Assembly: GCA_027624315.1 (NCBI GenBank)
Contig: JAQBXX010000004.1
Location: 442-64,441 of the forward strand
Direction: 5' to 3'
DNA length: 64,000 bases
DNA from: Pseudomonadota bacterium
GTDB lineage: Bacteria; Pseudomonadota; Gammaproteobacteria; SURF-13
The notes below the pieces were generated by a model. The model saw only the letters and a list, made by a program, of their open reading frames with translations. It did not search any database and was not told the DNA's origin. Positions 1-10,268 of the stretch are shown here, piece after piece (the stretch's first letter is position 1; every line of letters starts with the position of its first letter). A program made the position numbers and the translations under genes.

Positions 1-14
1 AAACGCTCCTCGTT

Positions 15-40
15 ACTCGCTACTAGCCACTCGCCACTGT
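15..40. repeat. Heptamer inverted-array element, one arm only (other arm presumably before the window)
   Basis: ACTCGCT ACTAGCC ACTCGCC ACTGT, 2 nt from the ychF stop. Confidence 0.8.
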
Positions 41-42
41 TT

Positions 43-1134
43 TTAAACATTAAACCTGAAGTGCATCACGTCGCCGTCGTGCACTGTGTAATCCTTTCCT
101 TCCAGGCGCCACTTGCCGGCCTCTTTGGCGCCTGGTTCACCGTCATATTTAATGAAGTCGTCATAGGCGATGACTTCGGCGCGGATGAAGCCGTGTTCGA
201 AATCGCTGTGGATGACGCCTGCCGCCTGCGGCGCGGTCGCGCCGGCGGGGATGGTCCAGGCGCGCACTTCCTTTACGCCGGCGGTGAAGTAGGTGTGCAG
301 CCCCAGTAACTGGTGGCCCGCGCGGATCACGCGATTGAGGCCCGGCTCGTCCAGGCCAAGCTCCTTCAGAAAATCCGCCTTGTCTTCGTCCGCCAGCTCC
401 GCGATCTCGGCCTCGATGGCGGCGCATACCGGCACCAGCGCGGCGCCTTCGCGTGTGGCGTGGGCGCGCACCTGGTCGAGGTAGGGGTTGTTTGCGAAGC
501 CGTCCTCGGCCACGTTGGCGATGTACAGCGTCGGTTTCGCGGTGAGCAAATGCAGTTCGTGCAGGCGCTTCAGGTCATCCGCGGCGAGATTGAGCGAGCG
601 CACCGGCTGGCCGCTGTCGAGGTGTGCGTGCACGCGCTCGAGCAGGGTTTTTTGCGCCAGCGCGTCTTTGTCGCCCGCTCGCCCGGCCTTGCCGATGCGC
701 AACAGCGCCTTGTCCACCGTGTCGAGGTCGGCGAGTGCGAGCTCGGTGTGGATGACCTCGATGTCGTCTATTGGCGAGACCTTGCCCGCCACGTGCACGA
801 CGTTGTCGTCCACGAAGCAGCGCACGACGTGCGCGATGGCGTCCGTCTCGCGGATGTGGGCGAGGAATTTATTGCCCAGGCCTTCGCCCTTGGAGGCGCC
901 CGCCACCAGTCCCGCGATGTCCACGAACTCGATCACGGTCGGTATGACCTTTTGCGGTTTGACGATCGCGGCGAGCGCGTCGAGCCGCGGATCGGGCACC
1001 GGTACGATGCCGACGTTGGGCTCGATGGTGCAGAACGGATAATTTTCCGCCGCGATGCCCGCCTTGGTGAGCGCGTTGAATAAGGTGGACTTGCCTACGT
1101 TAGGCAGGCCGACGATGCCGCATTTAAAACCCAT
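43..1134 (-). CDS. ychF: Redox-regulated ATPase YchF (Obg family)
   Basis: [24 protein letters not shown]-terminal [11 protein letters not shown]; ATG at 1134 (the ORF-track extension runs through a MITE). Confidence 0.97.
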   Translation of the reverse strand: MGFKCGIVGLPNVGKSTLFNALTKAGIAAENYPFCTIEPNVGIVPVPDPRLDALAAIVKPQKVIPTVIEFVDIAGLVAGASKGEGLGNKFLAHIRETDAIAHVVRCFVDDNVVHVAGKVSPIDDIEVIHTELALADLDTVDKALLRIGKAGRAGDKDALAQKTLLERVHAHLDSGQPVRSLNLAADDLKRLHELHLLTAKPTLYIANVAEDGFANNPYLDQVRAHATREGAALVPVCAAIEAEIAELADEDKADFLKELGLDEPGLNRVIRAGHQLLGLHTYFTAGVKEVRAWTIPAGATAPQAAGVIHSDFEHGFIRAEVIAYDDFIKYDGEPGAKEAGKWRLEGKDYTVHDGDVMHFRFNV

Positions 1135-1284
1135 GGGTACCTCTAAAAATGCGTCTTTTGCTCCAATACTGTTGCAGCTTCGCCAGTTTACTATTGGGCT
1201 GCTCACATACTGACGTGTATGCTGCGCTGCTCGACGGCGCTGCGCCTTGTCTTGAAGCAAAATCCATCATTTTTAGAGGCACCC
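1135..1284. mobile_element. MITE family A, copy 1
   Basis: TIR GGGTACCTCTAAAAATG ... CATTTTTAGAGGCACCC; body matches copies at 3720, 21822, 57512. Confidence 0.85.
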
Positions 1285-1301
1285 ACATGTGTAATTCCTG
1301 A

Positions 1302-1904
1302 TTATTCCAAGTCCGGCTGCGCCTTCGAGGTGTGCAACTGCTGCATGGCTTTTTCCAGCTCGCCGCTCATGATCAGCGGCAGTGCGTTGAGCGCATCGGC
1401 GAGTGCGTCATCGAGCAGTTTTTGTTCCGCCGCCGGTGCGCGCTGCAGCACGTAACCCTCCACATCCCTGCCCTTGCCGGGATGGCCGATGCCGATGCGC
1501 AGGCGGACAAAGTCCGCGCCGATATGCGCAATAAGATCGCGCAGGCCGTTGTGGCCGCCGTGGCCGCCGCCCTGCTTCAGGCGTACGCTGCCTGCCGCAA
1601 GGTCGAGGTCGTCATGCGCCACCAGGATGTTTTCCGCCGCGATCTTGTAAAACGCGGCGAGGTCGGCCACCGCCTGCCCGCTCTTGTTCATGAAGGTGCG
1701 CGGTTTAAGCAGCCAGCACTCGCGCACGGGGGGCGAGGTGGGCGTGAATTTGGCGATCTCGGCGTGAAACCTGTGTTCGGTGCGGAACTGCGCGCCGTGA
1801 GCCTGCGCCACGGCGTCGACGAACCAGAACCCCGCATTGTGCCGCGTGTGAGCGTACTCCGGGCCCGGGTTGCCCAGGCCCACGATGAGTTCGATACGCG
1901 GCAA
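1302..1904 (-). CDS. pth: Peptidyl-tRNA hydrolase
   Basis: LIVGLGNPG, TRHNAGF, GGHNGL motifs; TTG start. Confidence 0.96.
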   Translation of the reverse strand: MPRIELIVGLGNPGPEYAHTRHNAGFWFVDAVAQAHGAQFRTEHRFHAEIAKFTPTSPPVRECWLLKPRTFMNKSGQAVADLAAFYKIAAENILVAHDDLDLAAGSVRLKQGGGHGGHNGLRDLIAHIGADFVRLRIGIGHPGKGRDVEGYVLQRAPAAEQKLLDDALADALNALPLIMSGELEKAMQQLHTSKAQPDLE

Positions 1905-1937
1905 GATGAGAGGCCCCGCCCCGGCGAGTAAAGGGGA

Positions 1938-2657
1938 TTAGCCCTTCTTGGCTTCCTTCGCGGGTTTGGTCGCTGCCGCAGGTTTGGCAGCGCCTTCCGC
2001 ACCGGGTGCCGCAGCGGCAGCAGCGGCTGTCTGTGCGGTGGCTTCCACCGCAGTGGGGGCAACCACCACCTCGGGCTCCACGACCACGCGCGGCATGTGG
2101 ATGTTCACCACCGGACGCGCACGTTCCGCGCCATGCGCGAGCGTCACGCCTTGCGGCAGCTTGAGGTCGGAGAGGTGCACCGTTTCGTTCAGATTGACCT
2201 CAGCCAGATCCACCCCGATGAATTCCGGCAGGTCTTTGCCCAGGCAGACGATTTCGATGTCGTTCATCAGATGCGATACGATACCGCCGCTCTGTTTGAC
2301 GCCCGGCGCGATGTCGGCGTTGGTGAAGTGCAGCGGCACGCGCATGCGGATTTTTTCCATCGGGCTCACGCGTTGCAGATCGAGATGCAGGATGCGCGGT
2401 TTGCAGGGGTGGCGATGCAGGTCACGCAGTACTGCCTTCGCCTCTTCCGCGCCGATCTTGACGGTGAGGATGTGCGAATAAAACGCCTCGTGTTCGAGGT
2501 GGCGCAGCAGGGCGTTGTGGTCGAGCGTGAGCGACTGTGCATCTTTGCCGCCGCCGTAAATGACGGCAGGCACCTTGCCGGCGTGACGCAGGCGGCGGCT
2601 CGCACCCTTCCCCTGATCGCTACGCGGTTCGGCAACTAGTTCAAAATCCATGGCCAT
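1938..2657 (-). CDS. rplY: 50S ribosomal protein L25/Ctc form with Ala-rich tail
   Basis: [23 protein letters not shown]; prs-rplY-pth order. Confidence 0.96.
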   Translation of the reverse strand: MAMDFELVAEPRSDQGKGASRRLRHAGKVPAVIYGGGKDAQSLTLDHNALLRHLEHEAFYSHILTVKIGAEEAKAVLRDLHRHPCKPRILHLDLQRVSPMEKIRMRVPLHFTNADIAPGVKQSGGIVSHLMNDIEIVCLGKDLPEFIGVDLAEVNLNETVHLSDLKLPQGVTLAHGAERARPVVNIHMPRVVVEPEVVVAPTAVEATAQTAAAAAAAPGAEGAAKPAAATKPAKEAKKG

Positions 2658-2684
2658 GTGGTTTCTCCAAAATAAAAGTACAAC

Positions 2685-2708
2685 GCCCGTTCCGCGACCA
2701 GAACAGGC
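2685..2708 (-). promoter_or_regulatory. rplY leader hairpin (putative L25 leader)
   Basis: GCCTGTTC-TGGTCGCG-GAACGGGC stem-loop about 30 nt upstream of the rplY start; resemblance to L25 leaders is from memory. Confidence 0.5.
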
Positions 2709-2747
2709 AAGCTCGTAAAACGCGCTATTTTATCCGAAAATGCCGGT

Positions 2748-3701
2748 TTAATCCATGAACAACGAGCTTACGGACTCTTCCCGGCTGATGCGGTGCATGG
2801 TTTCGGCCAGCATGGCGGCGATGCTGAGCTGGCGGATGCGCGGGCAGGCGGCGGCCTCGGGGCGCAGGGGGACGGTGTCGGTGACGACGATTTCGTCCAG
2901 ATCGGAGCCCATGATGTTGTCTACCGCCGGGCCTGACAGGATGGCATGCGTGCTATAGGCCACCACCTTGACGGCGCCATGCTCCTTGAGTGCGCGGGCC
3001 GCGTGACACAGCGTGCCGGCGGTGTCCACCATGTCGTCCACCAGGATGCAGACGCGGCCTTCGACGTCGCCGATCACGTTCATCACCTTGGCCTCGTTGG
3101 GACGCGGGCGGCGCTTGTCGATGATGGCGAGGTCGGCATCATCCAGATGTTTGGCCACTGCGCGCGCGCGCACCACGCCGCCGACGTCGGGCGATACCAC
3201 GATCAAGTTGGGGTATTTGTGTTTCCACACATCGCCCAGCAGCACTGGCGAGGCGTAGACGTTGTCCACCGGGATGTCGAAAAAGCCCTGAATCTGGTCG
3301 GCATGTAGGTCGACGGTGACCAGCCGGTCGGTGCCGACGCTTTCAATCATGTTGGCGACCACCTTGGCGGTGATCGGCACGCGCGCCGAGCGTGCGCGGC
3401 GGTCCTGGCGCGAATAACCGAGGTAGGGGATGACCGCGGTCACGCGGTAGGCCGAGGCGCGGCGCATGGCGTCCACCATCACCAGCAGTTCCATGAGGTT
3501 GGCGTCGGTGGGGGCAGAGGTCGGCTGCACGATGAAGACGTCCTTGCCGCGCACGTTTTCCATGATCTCGACCATCACTTCGCCGTCGCTGAAGCGACCC
3601 ACCACGGCCTTGCCGAGCGGCATGTTGAGGTAATTGGCGACGTTTTCCGCGAGCGGGCGGTTGGCGTTGCCGGAAAACACCATCATCTTACTATCGGCCA
3701 T
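2748..3701 (-). CDS. prs: Ribose-phosphate pyrophosphokinase
   Basis: [37 protein letters not shown]. Confidence 0.97.
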   Translation of the reverse strand: MADSKMMVFSGNANRPLAENVANYLNMPLGKAVVGRFSDGEVMVEIMENVRGKDVFIVQPTSAPTDANLMELLVMVDAMRRASAYRVTAVIPYLGYSRQDRRARSARVPITAKVVANMIESVGTDRLVTVDLHADQIQGFFDIPVDNVYASPVLLGDVWKHKYPNLIVVSPDVGGVVRARAVAKHLDDADLAIIDKRRPRPNEAKVMNVIGDVEGRVCILVDDMVDTAGTLCHAARALKEHGAVKVVAYSTHAILSGPAVDNIMGSDLDEIVVTDTVPLRPEAAACPRIRQLSIAAMLAETMHRISREESVSSLFMD

Positions 3702-3719
3702 GCGACCCCCTTGTGACTG

Positions 3720-3916
3720 AAGAGCACCTCTAAAAATGCGTCTTTTGCTTCAATACTGCGTTACAGCTTGTCTGCGCTGCTCACATACTAACTTGTATGC
3801 TGTGCTGTACAGGGACGTACGAATGTCGCGGGCGCAGGACGCGCAGGAGCGACCGCTGCTCGCCTGCACTGCGCCTTGTCTTGAAGCAAAATCCATCATT
3901 TTTAGATGGTGCTCTT
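3720..3916. mobile_element. MITE family A, copy 2, carrying a nested 48-bp insert (3807-3854)
   Basis: AAGAGCACCTCTAAAAATG ... CATTTTTAGATGGTGCTCTT; about 50 bp longer than the other copies. Confidence 0.85.
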
Positions 3917-3924
3917 GAAGTATT

Positions 3925-3999
3925 TGGCTGGGGTGCCAGGATTCGAACCTGGGAATGCCGGAATCAAAATCCGGTGCCTTACCGCTTGGCGACACCCCA
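3925..3999 (-). tRNA. tRNA-Gln(UUG)
   Basis: TGGGGTGTCGCCAAGCGGTAAGGCACCGGATTTTGATTCCGG...GGTTCGAATCC...CCCCAGCCA; U1-A72, anticodon TTG, encoded CCA. Confidence 0.97.
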
Positions 4000-4084
4000 A
4001 TATAATTTCGCTACCGCGCGAAGTGAATTCGCGCGGGCGACCCAAGGGGAGAGCTGCGTCCCTGGGTGAGCCCTTTTGCTCTAA

Positions 4085-4187
4085 TGTAGGTTGGGTTAGC
4101 GACTTTATCGCGTAACCCAACAAACCCAAACTTCAACCCCGCTTTTGTTGGGTTACGGCGCAAAAAACGCGCCTAACCCAACCTACA
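4085..4187. repeat. GTAG-type REP doublet
   Basis: TGTAGGTTGGGTTAGCG..CGTAACCCAACA ... TGTTGGGTTACG..CTAACCCAACCTACA; overlaps the ispE stop. Confidence 0.75.
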
Positions 4188-5034
4188 TTTCACATAGCGG
4201 CGACAGGTTTCTGCCTTGGGCCACGAATCCCTGCCAGCCCGGAAGCCGGTCGAGCGCGAGGCGCTCTAATGTCTGTCGCGCTTGCGGCTCATGCGCGAAG
4301 GCGGCGAACACGCTGCTGCCGGTGCCAGTCATGCGCGCGGGCGCGAACGCCGCGAGGCGGGCCAGTGCATCGGCCACCTCCGGATAACGGCGGCAGACCG
4401 CGGCCTCGCAGTCGTTACGGTACGCCGACAATTGCTCGGCACGGAAGTCGCGCATTGTGAGCGGGGGGCTCGTGCGTGTCAAATCCGGGGCGCTGAATAT
4501 CGCGGCGGTGGAGATCCGGCACGGCGGCGTGATGACCACATACCACGGCTCGGGCAATGTCACGGGCGTAAGCTCATCGCCGACGCCCTCCGCCCATGCC
4601 GCTGCACCGTGCACAAATACCGGTACATCCGCGCCCAGTTGCAGGCCGAGCCGCGCCAGTGCATCTGGCGAAAGATTAGTCCGCCACAGCCGGTTCAGCG
4701 CCACCAGCGTGGTGGCGGCGTCGGAGCTGCCGCCGCCCAGCCCCGCACCCAGCGGGATGTGTTTTTCGAGGCGGATGTCGGCGCCCTGGGCGGTGCCGGT
4801 CGCGCGCTGTAACAGGCGTGCGGCGCGCACGGTGAGGTCCTGCTCTTCGCTTACGCCCGGCAACGCATGCACGGCGCGGATCACGCCATCGGCGCGCGAA
4901 GTGAAGCGCAGCTCGTCGCCGTAATCCAGAAACTGAAATACGGTTTGCAGGTTATGGTAACCGTCCGCGCGGCGCCCAGTGATGTGCAGAAACAGGTTGA
5001 GCTTGGCGGGTGCCGGCCAGGCACGTGTGTTCAT
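4183..5034 (-). CDS. ispE: 4-diphosphocytidyl-2-C-methyl-D-erythritol kinase
   Basis: WPAPAKLNLFLHI, GAGLGGGSSDAA, MTGTGS. Confidence 0.96.
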   Translation of the reverse strand: MNTRAWPAPAKLNLFLHITGRRADGYHNLQTVFQFLDYGDELRFTSRADGVIRAVHALPGVSEEQDLTVRAARLLQRATGTAQGADIRLEKHIPLGAGLGGGSSDAATTLVALNRLWRTNLSPDALARLGLQLGADVPVFVHGAAAWAEGVGDELTPVTLPEPWYVVITPPCRISTAAIFSAPDLTRTSPPLTMRDFRAEQLSAYRNDCEAAVCRRYPEVADALARLAAFAPARMTGTGSSVFAAFAHEPQARQTLERLALDRLPGWQGFVAQGRNLSPLCEM

Positions 5035-5077
5035 TGAATACTATTTTACCAGAAAGACGCGTGCCCTGACCGGGCGA

Positions 5078-5713
5078 CTATTCACTCCAGCGCTCGATGA
5101 TGAGGCGAATTTCGAGCGCGGTGTCGGTGCCAATAACAGCGCCGGTGCCGGCGCTGTTATTGGTAAGGAAGATTTTATCGGGTAACTCTAGCAGGCCGGC
5201 GGGCGCGTAGCGTTTGAATTCAATGTCCCACCCCGCTTGCCGGAGGTGCATGAGCCGGCCCGTTGCATCGAGAGCTTGGCCTTCGACCGGGGCACGTGTG
5301 TCGGGCAGCCCGCGCACCCAGTAGCGCAGGCCGCTCACCGGCAGGCGCCAGCCCAGATGCTGCTCCAGCAGGTCCTCGGCGCTCACGGCACTGAATTCGC
5401 CGTCGCTGGTGCGCAACACCACACCGGCGCGGTTGCCGCTGATTTCCGCTGCGCCCTGACCGAGCGGGGCATCGAGGTGGATATGGTACTCGCCGTCCTG
5501 CTCCATCCAGCGCACGCCCGCATGCCAGCCCTGCTGTGCGGTGAGCACGGCGATGCGTCCGTTCAGGGTCCAGGACTGCAAGGCCGTCAGCGCCAGCTGG
5601 CGCTGTTGCCAAAAAGTTTCGGCAGCGCCGTCCGCAGCGGGCGTAGGCGGGACAGGCAATGTGCTGCAAGCGCCGATAGCAAGCGCCAGGCCGATGAGGA
5701 GCGCTTGCTTCAT
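5078..5713 (-). CDS. lolB: Outer-membrane lipoprotein LolB
   Basis: Lipobox LAIGAC, LGWRLPVSGLRYWVRG; lolB-ispE synteny. Confidence 0.9.
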   Translation of the reverse strand: MKQALLIGLALAIGACSTLPVPPTPAADGAAETFWQQRQLALTALQSWTLNGRIAVLTAQQGWHAGVRWMEQDGEYHIHLDAPLGQGAAEISGNRAGVVLRTSDGEFSAVSAEDLLEQHLGWRLPVSGLRYWVRGLPDTRAPVEGQALDATGRLMHLRQAGWDIEFKRYAPAGLLELPDKIFLTNNSAGTGAVIGTDTALEIRLIIERWSE

Positions 5714-5812
5714 TTCCCTTCCCCCTGGAAGGGGGAAGGTGAGGATGGGGGTCGTAGGTCAGGCGTAAACATTGACCCCCACCCCAGCCCTCCCCCTGGA
5801 AGAGGGAGGGGA
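5714..5812. repeat. CCCTCTCCC-type palindromic doublet
   Basis: TTCCCTTCCCCCTGGAAGGGGGAAGG...ACCCCCACCCCAGCCCTCCCCCTGGAAGAGGGAGGG. Confidence 0.7.
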
Positions 5813-5849
5813 TTTATTAAGGGTGAGCCCATGTATTGTGAGCGGTCCT

Positions 5850-7631
5850 TCAGCGGCTGAAGCGTTGCATGGTGTTCAACAGCACCTCATTTTCGGAGTT
5901 TACCTTCAACCCCTGCTCCCAGATTTTGAGCGCGCCTTTCTGGTCGCCGGTGACCCACATCACCTCGCCGAGGTGCGCGGCGATTTCCGGGTCGTCGGCA
6001 AGATCGCGCGCGGTCTTCAGGTAACGCAGCGCCTCCTGATGGCGGCCGAGGCGGTAGAATACCCAACCCATGCTGTCGATGACGGACGGGTCCTGCGGCC
6101 TGAGTTGCAGTGCGCGCTCGATATAGCCAAGCGCCTCCTGATAACGCGCGGTGCGGTCGGCGAGGGTGTAACCGAGCGCGTTGAGGGCGGTGGCGTTTTC
6201 CGGCTCGCGCTCAATAACCGCGCGCAGGTCCTGCTCCAGCAGGTCGAGCCGGCCCATCTTTTCCGCCAGCATCGCGCGCGCGTAGAGCAGGTTGCTGTCG
6301 TTGGGTTGCTCGGTGAGCGCACTGTTGTACAGGTCCATCGTCTCATCGTACTGCTTCTGTTCGCTCAGCATGTCACCCTCGGCCATGATGAGCTGGACTT
6401 GCTGCTGCGGGTTTTGCAGCGGGATGGCATGCAGGTAGGCACGTCCCGCCGCGAGCCCGCTCTCTTTGGCGGTGAGGCGCGCGATGCGCAGTTGCGCGTC
6501 GAACCAGGCGTCGCCTTCGGTTACCTTTTGGTAGTGCTCGATGGCGGCGCACGGACGCTTTTTAGTTTCCGCAATCTGGCCGAGGTAATAGTGCGCCTCC
6601 GTCCCGCGTTTGCCGAGTTTGAGCACCTGGTTGAGGTAGCGCTCGGCATCGTCCTGCTGTTTGATTTGCATGGACACCAGGCCGAGGGCGAGCAGCACCT
6701 CGACGTTGCCCTTGGCCTGCTGCGCCATCACCCCGAATTGTGCGCGCGACTCTTTGATGCGGTTGCTGTCCACCAGCATGCGTGCATAGGCGAGCCGCAG
6801 CGGCAGGTCTTTGGGGAATTGCTTCACCGCCGCGCCGAGCGCGGTGATGGCCGCGCTGGTATTGCCCTGCGCCTGCAGGATGCGCGCGCGCAGCACCAGC
6901 GCGCTCGGCCAGTCGGGCTTACGTTGCAGTGCGGCGTCGGTGGCCGCTTGCGCGGCGCTGAGGTCGCCTGCGCTGAGGGCGAGATTGGCGTAGGCGAAGT
7001 GTGCCTCGGCATCGCTTTCGTGACGGGCGACGAAACGCTCCATGAGGCGCAGCGCGGAGGGTTTATCCTGTTCTGCGCCCAGCAGCGCGGCGATCTGCAT
7101 GAAGCCCTGCGCGGAGGCTCCGAGATCAAGGCTGAGATCGTTTGCAGAGGGCGCGGGTTTGGGTGCGGGCGCAGGGGCAGCGCGCACGGCGGCGAGGATG
7201 GTGTCCAGATGCGGCAGGGCCTCTTCGGACTGGCCGTTGCGCAGCAGGAACACCACGAGCCCCTGGCGCGCGTCCAGGCTGTCGGGGTCGATGTCTACCC
7301 ACAGGCGTGCGGCGGTGAGCGCCTTTTCCTTGTCGCGCATGAACACTGCGATTTGCATGGCGCGTTCGGCGGCGCGGCGGTCGCGCGTGCTGCGCGCTGC
7401 CTGCAGGTAGTGATCGAATGCTACGGCGTAGTCCCCGCGCTGGCCTGCGATCTCCGCCACCAGCAGGTCGTACATCGCATCAGCGCCGGGCGACGTTGGC
7501 GGGGGCGCGGCCTGTGCTTCGGCAGGGGGCTGCTTGTGTGGCAGTGCGCAGCCCGCCGCGAGTACGCTGGTCAGCAGGGCCATGCACAGCGGGAGTTTAT
7601 AGCGCCGCTGTGCGAGGGAAAGCCACTTCAT
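5850..7631 (-). CDS. TPR-repeat lipoprotein (conserved hemA/lolB neighbour)
   Basis: Lipobox LAAGC, ALNALGYTLADR, DSMGWVFYRLG; start at MKWLSL. Confidence 0.9.
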   Translation of the reverse strand: MKWLSLAQRRYKLPLCMALLTSVLAAGCALPHKQPPAEAQAAPPPTSPGADAMYDLLVAEIAGQRGDYAVAFDHYLQAARSTRDRRAAERAMQIAVFMRDKEKALTAARLWVDIDPDSLDARQGLVVFLLRNGQSEEALPHLDTILAAVRAAPAPAPKPAPSANDLSLDLGASAQGFMQIAALLGAEQDKPSALRLMERFVARHESDAEAHFAYANLALSAGDLSAAQAATDAALQRKPDWPSALVLRARILQAQGNTSAAITALGAAVKQFPKDLPLRLAYARMLVDSNRIKESRAQFGVMAQQAKGNVEVLLALGLVSMQIKQQDDAERYLNQVLKLGKRGTEAHYYLGQIAETKKRPCAAIEHYQKVTEGDAWFDAQLRIARLTAKESGLAAGRAYLHAIPLQNPQQQVQLIMAEGDMLSEQKQYDETMDLYNSALTEQPNDSNLLYARAMLAEKMGRLDLLEQDLRAVIEREPENATALNALGYTLADRTARYQEALGYIERALQLRPQDPSVIDSMGWVFYRLGRHQEALRYLKTARDLADDPEIAAHLGEVMWVTGDQKGALKIWEQGLKVNSENEVLLNTMQRFSR

Positions 7632-7799
7632 GGGGTGCTCCTGAATGTTGTGCGGCGCGAGGACGCTATTCCATGAGACTACTATACCTAAAAGTGGGTC
7701 AGCTTGGGGGCGGCGCCGGGCAAAACTTGTATTTCGGCGCCCCATCCCTCAGAATTTCCATGCTTGAATGTACGGGTTTGTCTGGATGGGTATCGGGGT

Positions 7800-9062
7800 A
7801 TGCCGTTATTTTCAGTGGGAGTCAATCACAAGACCGCGCCGGTGGAGATACGCGAACGGGTGGCGTTTGCGCCCGCGCGCCTGCAAGAGGCGCTGCGCGA
7901 GCTGACGGCGCAGCCCGGCGTGCACGAGGCGGCGATCCTCTCCACCTGCAACCGCACCGAGCTCTATTGCCACGCCGACGGTCCCGATGTCAGCGTCATC
8001 AGCGCCTGGCTTGCGCGCCACCACCAGCTTGCGCCGGACGCGATTCTGCCCTATCTCTATACCTTTGACGACCAATCCGCGGTGCGCCATATGCTGCGCG
8101 TGGCGAGCGGGCTCGACTCCATGGTGCTGGGTGAGCCGCAGATTCTGGGGCAGATCAAGGTGGCCTATAAGGATGCGCAGGAGGCGGGCACGGTCGGCGC
8201 GCTGCTGAGCCGTCTGTTTCAGCACACCTTCGCCGCCGCCAAACAGGTACGCACCGATACCGCTATCGGGGCAAGTCCGGTGTCGGTGGCGTTCGCTGCG
8301 GTCACACTGGCGAAACAGATTTTTGCCGACCTGCCCAGCCGCACTGCACTGTTGATCGGCGCGGGCGAGACGATTGAACTGGTGGCGCGCCACCTGCACG
8401 AGAGCGGCATCGGGCGCATGATCGTCGCCAACCGCACCGTGGATCGCGCCCATGCGCTGGCGAGCGAGTTCAACGGTTACGCCATTGCGTTGTCCGAAAT
8501 GCCGGCGCACCTGAGCGAGGCCGACATCGTCATTTCGTCCACCGCCAGCCAGTTGCCGATACTCGGCAAGGGCAGCGTGGAGAGTGCGCTCAAGGCGCGC
8601 AAGCATCGCCCGATGTTCATGGTGGACATCGCCGTGCCGCGTGACATCGAGCCGGAGGTGGGCGGACTTGCCGACGTGTATCTGTATACGGTGGATGATT
8701 TGCAAGAGGTGATTCAGGAAAGTCTAAAGTCGCGCAAGGCCGCCGCCGCGCAGGCCGAGGAGATCATCGACACCCAGGTCACGCACTTCATGGGCTGGCT
8801 GCAATCGCTCTCCGCTGTCTCCACCATTCGCGCCTACCGCAGTGAAGCTGAGCGCACGCGCGACGAGGAAATCGCCAATGCGCGGCGGCTGCTGGCGCAG
8901 GGGCGCGATCCCGAGCAGGTGATGTATCTGCTGGCGCGCTCGCTCACCAACAAACTCACGCACGCGCCCTGCATCCAGATGAAGCAGGCCGGTTTTGAAG
9001 GCCGCACGGAATTGCTGCTCGCCGCGCGCGAATTGTTTGAGCTGAAAGACACTGATAGTTAA
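7800..9062 (+). CDS. hemA: Glutamyl-tRNA reductase
   Basis: [32 protein letters not shown]. Confidence 0.97.
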   Translation: MPLFSVGVNHKTAPVEIRERVAFAPARLQEALRELTAQPGVHEAAILSTCNRTELYCHADGPDVSVISAWLARHHQLAPDAILPYLYTFDDQSAVRHMLRVASGLDSMVLGEPQILGQIKVAYKDAQEAGTVGALLSRLFQHTFAAAKQVRTDTAIGASPVSVAFAAVTLAKQIFADLPSRTALLIGAGETIELVARHLHESGIGRMIVANRTVDRAHALASEFNGYAIALSEMPAHLSEADIVISSTASQLPILGKGSVESALKARKHRPMFMVDIAVPRDIEPEVGGLADVYLYTVDDLQEVIQESLKSRKAAAAQAEEIIDTQVTHFMGWLQSLSAVSTIRAYRSEAERTRDEEIANARRLLAQGRDPEQVMYLLARSLTNKLTHAPCIQMKQAGFEGRTELLLAARELFELKDTDS

Positions 9063-9068
9063 CAACGA

Positions 9069-9167
9069 TCAACGCAAAGACGCTAAGACGCCAAGCAGGC
9101 GAAAGTTCTTTGAGAAGATTATTTTTTGGAAGTTATATACCTTGGCGTCTTAGCGTCTTTGCGTTGA
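9069..9167. repeat. Octamer inverted-array element, copy 1
   Basis: Perfect 27-bp arms TCAACGCAAAGACGCTAAGACGCCAAG / CTTGGCGTCTTAGCGTCTTTGCGTTGA around an AT-rich loop. Confidence 0.9.
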
Positions 9168-9185
9168 GTCGTAAGGAACACAACC

Positions 9186-10268
9186 GTGAAGCCATCGATC
9201 CGCAGCAAGCTGGAAAATCTCTCCGAACGCCTGCACGAAATAAGCGCCCTGCTCGCCGACGCCGGGGTGATCCGCGATCAGACACGTTTCCGCACCTACT
9301 CGATGGAGTATGCCGAGCTGCGCCCCATCGTCGAGTGTTTTCAGCGCTACCAGTCCACGCTGGCCGACCTCGACGCCGCGCAACAGATGCTGCGCGAGGA
9401 CGATCCCGAACTGCACGTGCTGGCGGAGGAGGAAGTGAAACAGGCGCAGGCCAGACAGCAGTCGCTGGAAACCGAATTGCAGCGTCTGCTGCTGCCCACT
9501 GATCCGCACGATGCAGGCAACATCTTTCTTGAAATCCGCGCCGGTACCGGCGGCGATGAAGCAGCGCTGTTCGCGGGCGATCTCGCGCGCATGTACACGC
9601 GCTACGCCGAGCTGCGCCGCTGGCAGGTGGAGATCATCACCAGCAGCGCGGGCGAACACGGCGGTTACAAGGAAATCATCCTGCGCGTGATCGGCCACGG
9701 CGCCTTTTCGCGCCTCAAGTTCGAGTCCGGCGGGCACCGCGTACAGCGCGTGCCGACGACCGAGACGCAGGGACGCATCCACACCTCGACCTGCACCGTG
9801 GCGGTGATGCCCGAGGTGGCGGAGGTGGACGAGATCAAGATCAACCCCGCCGACCTGAAAGTGGATACCTTCCGCGCCAGTGGCGCGGGCGGCCAGCATG
9901 TCAACAAGACCGACTCCGCGATCCGCATCACCCACATGCCCACCGGCACGGTGGTCGAGTGTCAGGATGAGCGCTCGCAACACAAAAACCGCGCGCGCGC
10001 GATGTCGCTGTTGCAGGCGCGCCTGCTCGCTGCCGAGCAGGCCAGACAGCACAAGGCGGAGTCCGAACTGCGGCGTGACCTGGTCGGCAGCGGCGAGCGT
10101 TCCGACCGCATCCGTACCTATAATTTTCCGCAGGGCCGGCTTACCGATCATCGCATCAACCTCACGCTGTATCAGCTCGACAGTATCCTGCAAGGCCAGC
10201 TCGATGCAGTGATCAACCCGCTCATCAACGAGTACCAGGCCGACCAGTTGGCGGCGCTGGCCGGCTGA
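9186..10268 (+). CDS. prfA: Peptide chain release factor 1
   Basis: GGQ motif ([13 protein letters not shown]), PTT tripeptide, GTG start. Confidence 0.97.
   Translation: MKPSIRSKLENLSERLHEISALLADAGVIRDQTRFRTYSMEYAELRPIVECFQRYQSTLADLDAAQQMLREDDPELHVLAEEEVKQAQARQQSLETELQRLLLPTDPHDAGNIFLEIRAGTGGDEAALFAGDLARMYTRYAELRRWQVEIITSSAGEHGGYKEIILRVIGHGAFSRLKFESGGHRVQRVPTTETQGRIHTSTCTVAVMPEVAEVDEIKINPADLKVDTFRASGAGGQHVNKTDSAIRITHMPTGTVVECQDERSQHKNRARAMSLLQARLLAAEQARQHKAESELRRDLVGSGERSDRIRTYNFPQGRLTDHRINLTLYQLDSILQGQLDAVINPLINEYQADQLAALAG

Noticed and set aside
1135-1260. 42-aa N-terminal extension of YchF in the ORF track, and small ORFs across MITEs (1219-1455, 3736-3918, 57463-57759)
   Set aside because: They are open frames through MITE family A; YchF homology starts at ATG 1134.
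5772-7676. Long antisense or shadow ORFs (e.g. 5772-7676, 49547-51679, 58474-60309, 28264-29481)
   Set aside because: They mirror well-supported genes on the opposite strand, as expected in high-GC DNA, and have no recognisable motifs.
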